DNA of 64,000 bases from Raillietiella orientalis (Eukaryota): NCBI GenBank assembly GCA_036172245.1, contig JAYWIR010000001.1:2480001-2544000 (forward strand). The letters are read 5' to 3'. Positions 1 to 12,176 of the stretch are shown in pieces. Position 1 is the stretch's first letter. The number at the start of each line of letters is the position of its first letter. Under the pieces are notes generated by a model that did no database searches, was not told where the DNA came from, and worked only from the letters and a program-made list of their open reading frames with translations. Both the position numbers and the translations under genes were made by a program.

Positions 1-1695
1 CATCTAATACCATCATCTCAATGTGCTTACAGGATCTTCTTGGTTTGATTTTAATTGCTTCCTGCATTTCCCTCGAACTGTTCCACCATTTTTGATCTCC
101 CAATGAGCACGTTTGGCAGTGTGATAACCTGCCATCTTAGGTCCTGCTCCATAAAATCTCAAACGCTTCAATTCCTTATTTCCAGGGATAACCTGTTCCA
201 CCTTGAGAATGACATTTTCATACCTTACATTGCAGGTCTTTCTGATTTTTACCTCTTGAGCATCAAACATTTCAGCTGAGTGGCGTTTGGAACGCCTTTT
301 GCAATAATCAGAAGGAGGTTTAATGGCTTGTCGACATGGTATGCTATGAGGAACATAATCCTTGCTACAGTCCTTTTCTACTTTCTCCTCTTTTATCTTA
401 TGAATCCAAAATTCAATTATGCAGATATTATATGTAGACTTACTAATTTTTCAAGATTTTTTCCTTCCTGAAATACATCAAATGGATATAATATCCTCTC
501 ATAGTGCATCCTAAGGATGTTTCCTATGTGTTTACTTTGGGGATACCCCATGCGAACAGCAACCTTAGCCCATTTCTTTTCTTTGTTAGTTATCAAAAAT
601 CCTCCTGCAGAACTGGTGCATAGATTCAAACATTCCAAATAATATGAAATACCTTCTTGCTGAATTTGCTGATGTAATGTATATAAATCAATCACTTTTC
701 TTTCAATAGTTGGAAGTTTCAAAGAAGAGCCTTGCAATTCCCAAAACCGTGCAATCTTGTCCAAAAAATTCAGTTTGATCCTGGTCAATGCCTACAGAAA
801 AACAAAATTTAACAGTCAAGTAAAGCACAATTTAACCAATGAGCTAGTAACCTCCAGTTCATTTAGCCTCTGTATTCGAGGAGTAAACTTGAAATTGTCA
901 ACATCCAAAGCAAATGGAGGTCTCCATTTCTGGAAAAAGTTATCAGTAATTGATACACATGAATATGCAACACATATTCTTTACAGTATTTTGCTTTTCA
1001 TTCAAATTGCTTACTATGGTAGTAACACATATGTTTAACTTTATATGCTAAGTTGTTCCCTTTAAAAAGGGAACAACTCAGCATAGAAGACAAATACAAG
1101 TGATCTAAAATTGATAATCGATTATACAATTCTCATGAAGAAACTCAATTTAAAAGCAACACATTTTAGCAACAATAAATTGTGGATATGATTTGTTGAA
1201 CATGCAGAATAAAAAAGAGCACTCTTGACTTTGGCCATTCATGAATTCATACTACTGCAAATAAAAGGTTTTCGGTTCTTATGGAAGCAGGAAACTTAAT
1301 TAATGTACTTTGCATGTACATGTGAAGTTTATTACTTCCTTTAAGAAGTACATAACACTTGATCACTGACTCATGAGTCACAATATTCCCACAACTCAAG
1401 TAAACTTATGTAAGTGATCCTAGGACCACTTTACTGTATCTGTTACTGGTTGCAGGAGGAATCAAATTAAAATTGCTATCTTCGAGTAAACGAGAAATCG
1501 GTACATGCAAGAACTAAAATAAAGGTTTTCCTAAATGCTAAATACCATTGGTGGGATAATTTTGCAAATTCCAGTATTTTCAGCTACGGGTTTAATTTGT
1601 GCGATGAACTGTAATGGATCTTTAAATTCCTCTTCTGTGGGACGGAAAACAGGGCACTCTGGGGGTGACTTGAAACAGAAATCTGCTGCACTCAT
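1..1695 (-). CDS. KDM5: Lysine-specific histone demethylase 5 (KDM5/JARID1/lid), 5' part; gene continues beyond the window start
   Basis: Spliced exons 1695-1546 ([49 protein letters not shown], JmjN), 929-852 ([26 protein letters not shown]), 791-653 and 604-444 ([25 protein letters not shown]...[10 protein letters not shown]), 396-31 (DYVPHSIP...[18 protein letters not shown]). All junctions checked are GT-AG. Confidence 0.96.
1044..1085. repeat. Inverted repeat (20-bp arms, one mismatch) in the first coding intron of KDM5
   Basis: TATGCTAAGTTGTTCCCTTT-AA-AAAGGGAACAACTCAGCATA read directly. Confidence 0.9.
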
Positions 1696-1772
1696 TGTTT
1701 CATGACTTCTGGAATATAAGCTGTCAAATAAACATACGCCAACTACTTTTGCAGAAGTGAACTTTTACATAC

Positions 1773-2820
1773 CAGCCTGCTTATACTGATATGCACATAG
1801 ATATTACTGCAACTTCATTTGTGGTTCCACATGAAACATGCGAACGGTGCAGAAGGCTCCCTAAAACATGGCTCTATAACGCCATGTAACGCTAAAATAC
1901 TTTTGCGTTCTTTGCTACTTCTAACAATGTCTCAATACAACATGCGTGATTGCATCAAAAGCTGCTCCACTTCGATGAGTGTGGGATGAAGCATTTGATG
2001 GAGTGTCACTGTTGGCTTCGATTTGAGTTCAAGAAATGTAACAACTACCAAAACAAGCTCACATTTTCCGCTTCAACACCATACCAAAACGCCAGCCTCG
2101 TTTCTACCGTCTCTTGTTTTTCCAAACCTCTGACGGCAATGACCAGCATCACCTACGTAAACACAACCAATGGAATTGCTTAACAGCTGATCTGAAAATG
2201 GCGCTACCTTCAAATGTGTGTGAGCAAAGTTTTAGAAAGGGGCAGAACGTTTCCAAGAATTTCTGTATGTAACGTCGCCTCATTACGTAATCCGGAAGGA
2301 AATCAGCTATTGTGCTTGTGTTTGAGAGGCACGATGTCATGAATTGGAGTGGATTGTTGGTCTTTAACGATAAAGAGGTAGTTTTGTGGTTGTGAATGTT
2401 TCCCATTGCTTCCTTTGCAATAGAGATGATGCGAAGTTAACGATTATGGGCTAATACCGCTGCATTTGCAGTTTTCGATTTTCTAATGAAAAATCCGATG
2501 TAAATACCAATCGACTGAGTTCGTATGGGCATTTAAATAAGCACTGCAGGTTTTACTGATGATGTTATTCCATACTACAGTGTAGATTCGTAAAATGTTC
2601 GTTTACAGAAGTTGCAGTTTTGAGAAGGTTTTTTAAAAGCTTCGGAATTCATGTTAAGTGCTGTGTGTGTTTCTAATCGAAACTAGATATTTGTGTAAAT
2701 TTTAATTGATACATGTTTGAGAACAGATCACCAGCCTTACATTTTAATTTTTGGAATCATTTCTTGGTGGCATTTGAAGTTTGAGTTTATACATGAGGTG
2801 TTATTTTGTGCATTTGGTGT
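1773..2820. promoter_or_regulatory. Putative bidirectional promoter / 5' UTR region shared by KDM5 and CCDC77
   Basis: Start codons diverge 1.18 kb apart (1695 minus, 2875 plus). The interval looks richer in CpG than the flanking exons. Transcription starts are not determined. Confidence 0.6.
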
Positions 2821-2874
2821 AAGTGACTATCTGTTTCAGGTATTTCTTATCAGACTGAAACAGGTGTTTGATAA

Positions 2875-4241
2875 ATGAACAAATCAGATTCCAATACTAC
2901 TGATTGGGACAAAGAAACCATCGATCATGCTATCCCATTGCCACCATCAGAGGAAGTGTTGTACCAACTTCAACAAAAATTGCATGAATACAGTTATGAA
3001 GGAAGTAGCATGAAACCCTTTTTTGAAAAGTAAGCTTGAATTTTCTTGTTAATGAATAAAAGCAGCAGGCTCACTACAGCTATTACTGTTCATAAGGATG
3101 TGCAAGAGAAGCTAAACCATTATGAATCGGAGCTATCAAGGCTGCAAATGTTGGTCAGTAAGTTACAAGGTCAGTTATTCAAAGAACGTACTCAATTATT
3201 TGAACTTCATGAAGAAACAGAAAGACTTAAGGTAAACAGATCTAAACATAAAAGTAATCTCTGGCCTAGAGTTTTGAAAAGGAATATTGGAAAGTACTTC
3301 AACTCTTGGAGTTTGTGTGCATTTCATGCCAAGAAAAAGTCTTGACCATTTATCCTGAACCTTCTGATAAGTTGAAAACCCTCTGTGACCATTCATCAAC
3401 AAGACCTTTATCAGCTAGAGAGGTGAAATTAGAAATATTAAAACTTTTAGAGGAAAAAGAGCGATTGGAAAAAAAGTTGCAATTGGAAAGTAGCAAAGCC
3501 CAAGAACAGATTGAACAACTTCTTGCAGACCAACAGTTAATCATTCAGGAAAGACAACTGGAAAGGCATCATCACCATCAACATGTAGAACAGCTCTGTC
3601 AAAGTGTCTCTCAAGGCCACAAATTATTGCTGGAAGTTACACAGGAATATCTTTATCTACTGGATGCAAGCCGGCAGAAAGAGTGGCAGTATCTTCAAGA
3701 GAAAGACCATCTGCAACAGTGTCTGCACAAATTGCAAAAACAGATGCAACAAAGAGCTAAACAACATGAGAGTGATGAAATTCGGAAACTGAAAATATGC
3801 AATCTTCAAAATCAATTGCAAATGACTCAACGCCAACTAGAAGAAAGCAAGGCAGCCTGTTTAATTCATACTTGTGAACTGAAAAAAACAAAACAACAAT
3901 TGCAAGAAGTGCGTCTTTCATTTACAACCCAGCAAAAGGAATTGCAGGATCATTGCAAAATGTTACAAAATGATCTTAACGTTGTGCGTAAGCAGAATAA
4001 GCAGATGGAAATAAGAAGAAGATTGGAAACTGAAGGATTTAGAAATGATATTTCATTACTGCGCCGTCAGTTGCAACAGATTGAGCATTCTTTGTTCAAA
4101 CTAAGTAGTTGTTGCATCAGACAAAATGAAGTTAATGCTGTCATGGTTAACACTAAGAGCATTCAAGATGAGATTCGTTTAATTTGCAAAAGATTGCAGA
4201 ACTTTCAACATGTTCTTGAAGAGCCCATGAAATGCAAATGA
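2875..4241 (+). CDS. CCDC77: Coiled-coil domain-containing protein 77
   Basis: Exons 2875-3029, 3069-3231 and 3270-4241, with 39- and 38-nt GT-AG introns. Motifs LPPSEEVL, QLFKERTQLFELHEETERLK and RRRLETEGFRNDISLLRRQL match recalled CCDC77 motifs (LPPSRELL, LFQEREHVLRLYAENDRL, LENEGFKTDIKLLRQKL). AATAAA at 4374-4379. Confidence 0.85.
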
Positions 4242-7200
4242 TATTACAATTGAATGTGGTATTTGAGTATTGTTAAAAGGGGAATTCCTTGATTGTCTCT
4301 TTGGTTGCAGGATACTAAGGGTGAATTATGATAACCATTTATCAAGTCCTAATCATGCCTAACTTACAGTTGCAATAAAAAAAGTCCGTTAGATGCTTTT
4401 ATTCCATACTTAGATATGGATAGAAAAAGCGCACGAAACAACCTTTTGCCTACATTAGCTGAAAATACTCAGCTTGATGTATTCCATAAGCACAAGTCTG
4501 TGGAACGTGCCGATGTTGACGATGTGCCACTGAATATCTCCACATCTTGTGATACTTTGAATTTTATTTGTTTCCCAAAATTCTTTTCACTGGTCTGACA
4601 TGTGCCCCGGAGTGGAAATTTTTCTTTCATGAAAATTTGCGTATCTCCGCAGGAAAAGTTCTTTGGCCAAACAAGAAAAGTGGAATCAAGTGAATTTCTC
4701 AAACTTGGATTCCCTGAAAATCGAGGCCTCCTTGTTTTCGAATATGGTTCGTGCTTTGGCGTGGTCCAAGGTTTTTAAAAAGTTGTGTGCGGCCAACCCG
4801 CTGGTTTTCGAAACGGTGGATTCGGTAAGTAGGGATGGGGTAGATCGTGAAAAAATCGATTCTGTCAGAAAACACTTTCCTCTGGTGTTTTGGCATTCCG
4901 GTTACTGTGGTATAACAGGCAGAAATACAATTGACAGAGGGCCTACGTGGACACACTTGATTTAGAATTCTCTATTAGGTAATTGGATGTGTGTACTCTT
5001 GTTAACAAAAATAAGAAATTTTCGCAATACGCGTAAGTATTTTGTTCATTATGCATTACCACAAGGATTGTCTGACATTGCTTTTCCTATAAAGAGCAGT
5101 GGTAGAGAGATCTTTTCGTTTACACTCGACTCCCAAGATCGGCAAACTTTCGTTCCTATCATTTAGAATACAGCGACTTTAGAGCTCCGTTAAAACTGCT
5201 GAAAAACTAACTCGAAAGCCGAACATAGTATACGTTTGAAAAATCGGATAAAAATTCTTGAAAAATCTTTATAAACTAAACAGTTTTCGGAATCGGATTT
5301 CGGTAGAAGATAGGCAATTTAAAATTTCCGTAGATTCTCACAATTCATTTATGACGGTTTTTTCTGTACAAATAGTGTATGACAAGCATTTAATAAACTC
5401 AGGTGAACTGGTATGTATTTTTGTGATCACATCACGACACTTGGGAAGCACCCAGTGGACTAACCTATGCGAAAGTAGTCGTTTTGATGAAGAGAAGGCC
5501 AAAAAAGGCGACCCTTGTAATAAATAAGTTCTCTTTCAGAATTCTGGATTTTAGTGGAGCTTTCCTCTGTGTGTGAGTTTCTTCCTCAGATGGTTCTCTG
5601 TTAGCAAGATCAGAAAAATGATGCAGAGGTAGAGCACCTTGTAGCGCCGGCAAGAAGCATTCCTCCTGTAAAGGTACTTATTCCAAGTCTGTCAGTAATA
5701 CCAAATTCGCTGACTTTTCGCAGCTAATAAAAACTGACGGAATTTTTATGAACTCTTGTTTAGGCTTCCTAAATTGGGGAATCAGTATGAAAATGGCAAT
5801 AGTTTGAATACAGCAATTGTTTCCATGTTTTGCTTGACGTGTTTTTTTTTTTTCCGTATTTATCTTTTTCGAATGCATTTTTCTTCTCCGTATCAACGTA
5901 CCAATTCTCTGACCTATATTTATGGTATCTGACTTGCTTTATTACGATAACAGTTTGGTAAAAGTGCTTTCTGTCATGTTATTATTATATGAAAACACTT
6001 GGAATAATTTGTTTTTTCTCTTATCATACCTCAGAGTTACTTTATTTCGTGGTTTGTGTTTGGATCCAAATGACCAGGACACCTTTTCCTATCTTGGTTC
6101 CATTTCCTCCTTTTCCGCTCTTTCGTAATCCTGGAACCGATTAAAAATGATCGACCGATCATACTGATGATACTGTGTACAAACTTCAAAGTGTGGGCTT
6201 CTCTGGTTTTGTTTTCTACGTGTCTCGCTCTCAGATGTGCCTTTGGAAGTTTTTGAGGTCTGTGTTCAACTTCACAGAATTTCAATTGAGTAAGCTTTTA
6301 GACGGTTTCTTTCCTGTATAATAGGATACGCCCATATAAAAGAACTGCTGCTGATGTGAGGTAGTTTTTACCATAAAATTGCAACTTGTAGGTCTCCAAA
6401 TAAACAATTTGTAAACAATTTACTGGCAAATTTGAGCAATCTGTTTGAATATTTTTTTCTCTTAAATCGTTCAAGAGATCTCGGCTTACAAGCGTTCAAA
6501 TAGTTTTATCGATACTACTTCCAAAATGGTCTGTTATACTTAAAAATATGCTGAACTCAACAAGGTTGCAGCGTAAGAATTCTGACTTGAATGCCACAAA
6601 GTATTCATATACCCTTCGACAGTCGTAAAAAAAAGTAGTTTATAAGTTGAAAAGATTTCCGTCACATGTTGGAAAGTCATGCCATGAAATTATGATGCCT
6701 CAGTAAACATAGATGAAAATAGTGCGCAATGCAGGATCATTAATTTCATTTTTTTTGTTCAGGATTATGAAATCAAAATCTACTGCGCTCATCATATCAA
6801 TGCGTTGTTGTCAGAAAATGTTTTGTATGTATGCTGTGAGTAATATACTATACCAATGCTGGAAAACTCCCGGATCTTAACTGTATTTTATTTTGAAGGT
6901 CTCCAGGATCCAGAAAAGTAATATACTTGTTCACCGACTCAATAAGACAAAAGCGGTGCAAATTGCGTGGTTTGATTTCTTCAAAAATGCGTATTGCATT
7001 CAGTTCCTTTCCTTATTGCTTTACTAAACAGAACATTGTTTTGGCCCAAAGGTAATTCATTAAAATTTCCAAAAAGCTGCAAACCAACCTTGTGTCATTG
7101 TAAACATTTTAATGCTTTCTCAAAAGCAATAATACCTACATATCGTTGATAATCTGGAAAGAGTTGTATGCATGTGATTATTGAATAACATGATTGAATT

Positions 7201-8129
7201 CAAATCCATCTGAATCATAGTGATTCTTTCTCCCCCTCCTCCAATGTTTTTTTTTCATTTACTCATTTCATAAAGATTTTGCCACAATAGTGACTGCATT
7301 TGGTTCAATTTCTCTCATCTCTTACAAATGATAATCTTTTAAAGCTCGAAAATCTTAAAAATTTGTTTTTCCTGGGATAGAATTGCCAGTCATTCTCCAT
7401 TTCTTCTGTGCTTGCAGCTAATTTCTTTCATTAGCTGCTTCCACAGTTTTATCATATCCTTCCATCAGAGCATCGAAATATATAATATAATGGTATTGAA
7501 TTAAGTACATAAGGAGAAATGTGTTGTGTTTTGGTGCATACCCATGTTTATAATCAGATTTTAAAAAATGTTGAAAGAATGAGAAGCAGAACAGGGAATA
7601 AAATACTGGGAATAACAGAATTTTAAGGAAAACATAGAAGTACTTTTATCGGTTCAGGAATGAAATAAAAAATGTACAAATAGAAATACTTATCCAAATG
7701 CAAAAGCAATGATGAGCAGTTAGAACCAGTCTCATTTTATATGTAGAACTAGTAGTGACTGAGGATAAACCATCATGGAATGCCTGAGTATCCTAAACTC
7801 TTTTGCTCTTATTCTTTTGCCTTCCTAAATAATCCAGATGGATTATCTTTCAAAATTTCGCACTCTTGTAAAATTCAAAGAGTAAACTTCTTAATTAATT
7901 GTTTCTCTGTGTCGTGTTTTTAAATTTCAAGTCTGTTTTTGTGTATGGAAGTCCTCAAGAATTGTGCACAGAAATCTTACCAAAATTTTCTGTAGAAAAC
8001 TGCAGTCAAATAATTTTCGACAATCCAAGAGCACATATCAGAGCTTTGCAACTTCTTAGTAATTTTTTTTGCATCCTAAAACTGGGACACTTAAACGTGC
8101 CTGTGTGCAATTCCTTAGATTTCAGATAA

Positions 8130-8405
8130 TTAATATTCCCCTATATACTATACCATCATCCTCCCACACACAAAATAAATACCAAATGATCATGATAAAC
8201 TCCATCTTCACCCCATTCAACCCATTTACCATGACCTCACCATGACATACCACTACCTCCATCACCATCATCTCATACCCCCTACTACTGACAATTTCCA
8301 AACTCTACTGACTTCTACTGACAGTTTCCAAACTCACCATCGCAAACCCCATCAAACTAATAGCAAAAACCATCAACAGTAACCTATGCCACCAATCCCT
8401 ACTGA
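8130..8405 (+). pseudogene. atp6: NUMT: mitochondrial atp8 3' end plus atp6 5' end
   Basis: Abrupt C/A-rich, G-poor tract. In the invertebrate mitochondrial code atp8 ends HKMNTKWSW* and overlaps atp6 through ATGATAA (8192-8198). atp6 reads MMNSIFTPFNP...SKLYWLLL with TGA=Trp. Boundaries approximate. Confidence 0.85.
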
Positions 8406-9153
8406 ATGGAGAAAATATCCTACATACAATCAAAATAAGAAACCAAAGTAGTTCAGTCTTTTTATCAGCTTCTACAGATTTTGGGACATTGAATTTTGAA
8501 AATGAGCTCTATTGTGGTTTAATATTCATTTTTCATGCATTACAAACTTGAATATTATTCGATAAATTGGATGTTAGTATAGCAAAAGGTAAAAATCTCA
8601 TCAGACTTTTGTAAAAACAAAAAAAAAGGTTGGGCAGCTCGAAAGTACTAAGGCAGGTTCAATTAAGGAAAGTTATCAAAACAGAAAGATTATGCCAAAA
8701 TTGTCCTGAATGTGTAGAATGAAGCATCAACTGAAACTACAAGTTATTGGTCTAAAAACTATTTGAAACAGTTGACAATGCAAATAAGTATTATCAGTCT
8801 TAGATACACATTTATATGAACCCAAGATTCATACATCGACATTTCATAACAATTATCGCCGTATTTAGTAGAGCAACTTATGTGGCTAACTGAAAACAGA
8901 AATCCAAACTGTGGTCAAGGTTGAAATGTTGCACCAACAAGTACAAGCACGTTTAGTTGGGTAGCCACTGTGCATAGGAATGACATTGGTATTTTTTTCT
9001 TATAGATTCGAAACTTCACCTACCAGAATTGGGACGAATATCAATGCAAAATCAATAACAAATCTGAATTAACATTAAAATCCTTTGTTGCATTTATTAA
9101 AATTATCGAAATTACTGTTTTTCAAATGTGCCATTTAACTTATGAAAGAGAAT

Positions 9154-12100
9154 TCAGGGTACCTTAACACTTTCATGGGATTTTTGATGGAAACAAAAAC
9201 TTATTCCATTTCCCCAACATCTTTTTAGCACAAGATCTGGGAGTCCTTTTTTATCAGTTGCATGATGCCACTGAGATAAATCACAATTGCAGTCCGCATT
9301 TTCAGGAGGTGGTCGAACTTGAATCCCATTAACACATCGTTGGCAGCGAATTCTAACATCTCGTGAAGAGTTCATGTTCATTCTGAAGCTACTTACTTGT
9401 CATGGGTGTCGCTGATAGTGGCTTCTTCTAAACAGAAAAGTTCTCTTAATTCTGCTGCACTAAAGTGCCGTTCCACATCTTCCCCTTGATCAACAACACA
9501 TGTACTAAGAGCTTTCTTGTGAGTTTGACGCTGGAATATCTTTTCTTCAATGGTCCCTGTCTATCAATCACGTTTAACTTTGTATACTTGTTTAGTTTAA
9601 ATTTACCGTCAACAATCTGTACACAAAACACACTTTTCTCTGTCCATCACGCCATACACGAGCCATTGCTTGATCATCATTGGCTGGATTCCAATCAGGA
9701 TCAAACATGACCAAGCGATTTGCTCCTATCAGATTAAGTCCACAACCTCCAGCTTTGCTGCTTAGCATAAATATGAAATCTTTGCCATCCGGGTCATTAA
9801 ATTTCTCCACTACTTTGGCACGTTTCTTGATAGACATGGAACCATCCAAACGCACAAAAGGATATTGGCGTTGCTGGCAAAGTTGCTGAAGGAGTTCTAG
9901 AGTCTGTGTATAATTGGAAACCAAAACAACCCGATCTGAACTTGTGGCACGAATAACAGCCAGCAACATATCTAGCACCTTCATTTTCCCAGAGAGTTCA
10001 GGTATCAGCTTCCTGCAATTGCCTTGAGCAAGCCTGGAAATATTCAACAAACCTCATATTGAAGTTTTCTGGAAAATGCTGAAGCGCTTTCTCTAGACCA
10101 TCAACTTTTTCGCAGCAGTGCTCGTAAAGAAGAACAGGATGATTGCACAATTTTTTGAGTATTGTTATAGCCGATAAACTGGATGCAGATAATTTATCAC
10201 CACTTGCTATCCAAAGGTCATATGAGTGATGAAACGACAAGTTACCTTTCAGACGATTTTGTATAGCATCTGATCGGATAAATTCCTTGTACAAAGCAGT
10301 CTGGAGAGTACCCAACTGACAACAAACAATCATTTCATATTTTACAGGCAAGTACTTTGAGAGAAGAGAGGCAGTGCGTCGAATTATACACCTGGGAAAA
10401 TGATGTGGATCAAGGCTCTAACTGTTACCTGTTAACAATATTGGCAAGATCTTTCAAACGCTCTTGTCCCAGTTGCTGTGCTTCAACAGTTGCTGTAGAA
10501 TCTCGACCTCGTGTTATAGGAATTTCATAAATTTTCTTAAACTGCTGTACTGTACCCAGAATTCCCTACAGAACCATCATTATAACCCCCTAGATCTGTG
10601 ATACCTCATTCACAAAATGGATGAGACTAAAGTACTCTAACAAATCATTTTGTATGGGAGTTCCCGAGAGCAGAACACGGCGCTTTGCTGGGAGCTGACA
10701 TAATGCCTGATAGGTCTGGTTTTCTGAATTCTTGAGACGATGTCCCTATGCAAGATCCATGATACAAGTCTTAAGAGATCAACTCACTTCATCACAAAGT
10801 ACCAATCCTACTTGCCCTTGGTGAAGCACATGGGCATGGGCACGAAAAGTCTCATAAGATATGATGAGCACTGAGTTCAGGAAATGACGACTGGTAGCAG
10901 AAAGAAACTGCTGTAAATTTTGATCGATGTCAGTCTTGGAACCACCATCAATCACTACTGGATAAATACGCCCTTCAAGCCACTTGGCAATCTCATTAGC
11001 CCAATTCTACAAGACACACATATGCAAAACTAAGCATTAGATTTTTAATACACCACAATCTCATATGGGCAAAAATAGTCTGTAAATATAATTGCAAGCA
11101 AAAGTGGAGTTCAATGCTATTTTGTTTGAACCAAACAAATACTGGCAACATAATATTTTTAGTGCAACTGCCAATATCCTTTCTTTTTTTTTTTGGTATC
11201 TGCATTCATTACTAATATTTTTGATTTTAGCATGCTGTCACAAACGATCAGGTAATCTGATTCCTAGTAAAACTGACTTGAATGTTATCCATGAGAACAT
11301 TAGATTTCATTACATCAGTATTAGCCACAAGTAGACTTACTTTGACTAGACTACTGGGAGCTACAATGATAGCCTTGTCGATTTCTGGACCATAATTGGG
11401 GCTCTGGCGTAGCAGTGTCCACAGCAAAGTGATACATTGCAATGTTTTGCCAAGACCCATTTCATCTGCCATAATGCAACCAAAACTGTTTTCTATTCGT
11501 CTTCCTGTTACACATTCCCACATAAACTTTACTCCCTGATAATCATGTTAGATCACAAGTTTTGCCATAAAGTTACCTAACTAACTTCTCTCTGATGAGG
11601 TCTTAGTACTTTGCTCAACAGTGGGTCAACAACTACATGCAAAAGCTCCTTCTGACTGTGGCATACCAGCAATACATTGAATATCTTTTTTTTTTTACCT
11701 ACGGATCCATATTCAGTTTTTCATGAGCTGACTGCTGAGGAGGATGATATAATATCAAGGCATCAGGTTCATTAGGATCATGCAATGCATGGCGTGCACC
11801 CACACGACGAATTCCAAGAGATCCAAAACCTGGCAATCCTTTATAATTTGGAATAGGAATCTTAAAAGGTCGCGAAAGAATATTTGCTATAAGTTGTTCC
11901 TGAAAGAAGCTCCACCATTCAAAAGAAAATGAAACAAAAAAGTTTCCTAACATGATTGGTTAAGCCACAAGAATCATTTTCAGCATCAGCTTCTGTTTCA
12001 CATTTGGAAATCTCATCTCCTTTCGTCAAACGATTCAATGCGCTCGCTCGCCTGATATTTGAATACTGTTTACTTGTGTGCCTCAACTTTGTTTTAGAAA

Positions 12101-12176
12101 GTTGACTTGGTGCAAGACTACGTTTCTTCAAAGAAAACTGGGTTATTTAATTTAGTATTAACACTGAATTTACCAT
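9154..12176 (-). CDS. RAD54: DNA repair and recombination protein RAD54 (SNF2-family translocase), complete multi-exon gene
   Basis: [11 protein letters not shown]-terminus; [80 protein letters not shown]-terminal CDLSQWHH...FHQKSHE. Examples of GT-AG introns: 12126-12173, 11536-11585, 10746-10787, 10566-10604, 10392-10428, 10207-10245, 9561-9606. Confidence 0.97.

Noticed and set aside
4400-7500. Fragmentary coding-like minus-strand stretches between CCDC77 and the NUMT
   Set aside because: Frequent stops, no recognisable motif or consistent splice pattern; may be an old TE but cannot be assigned.
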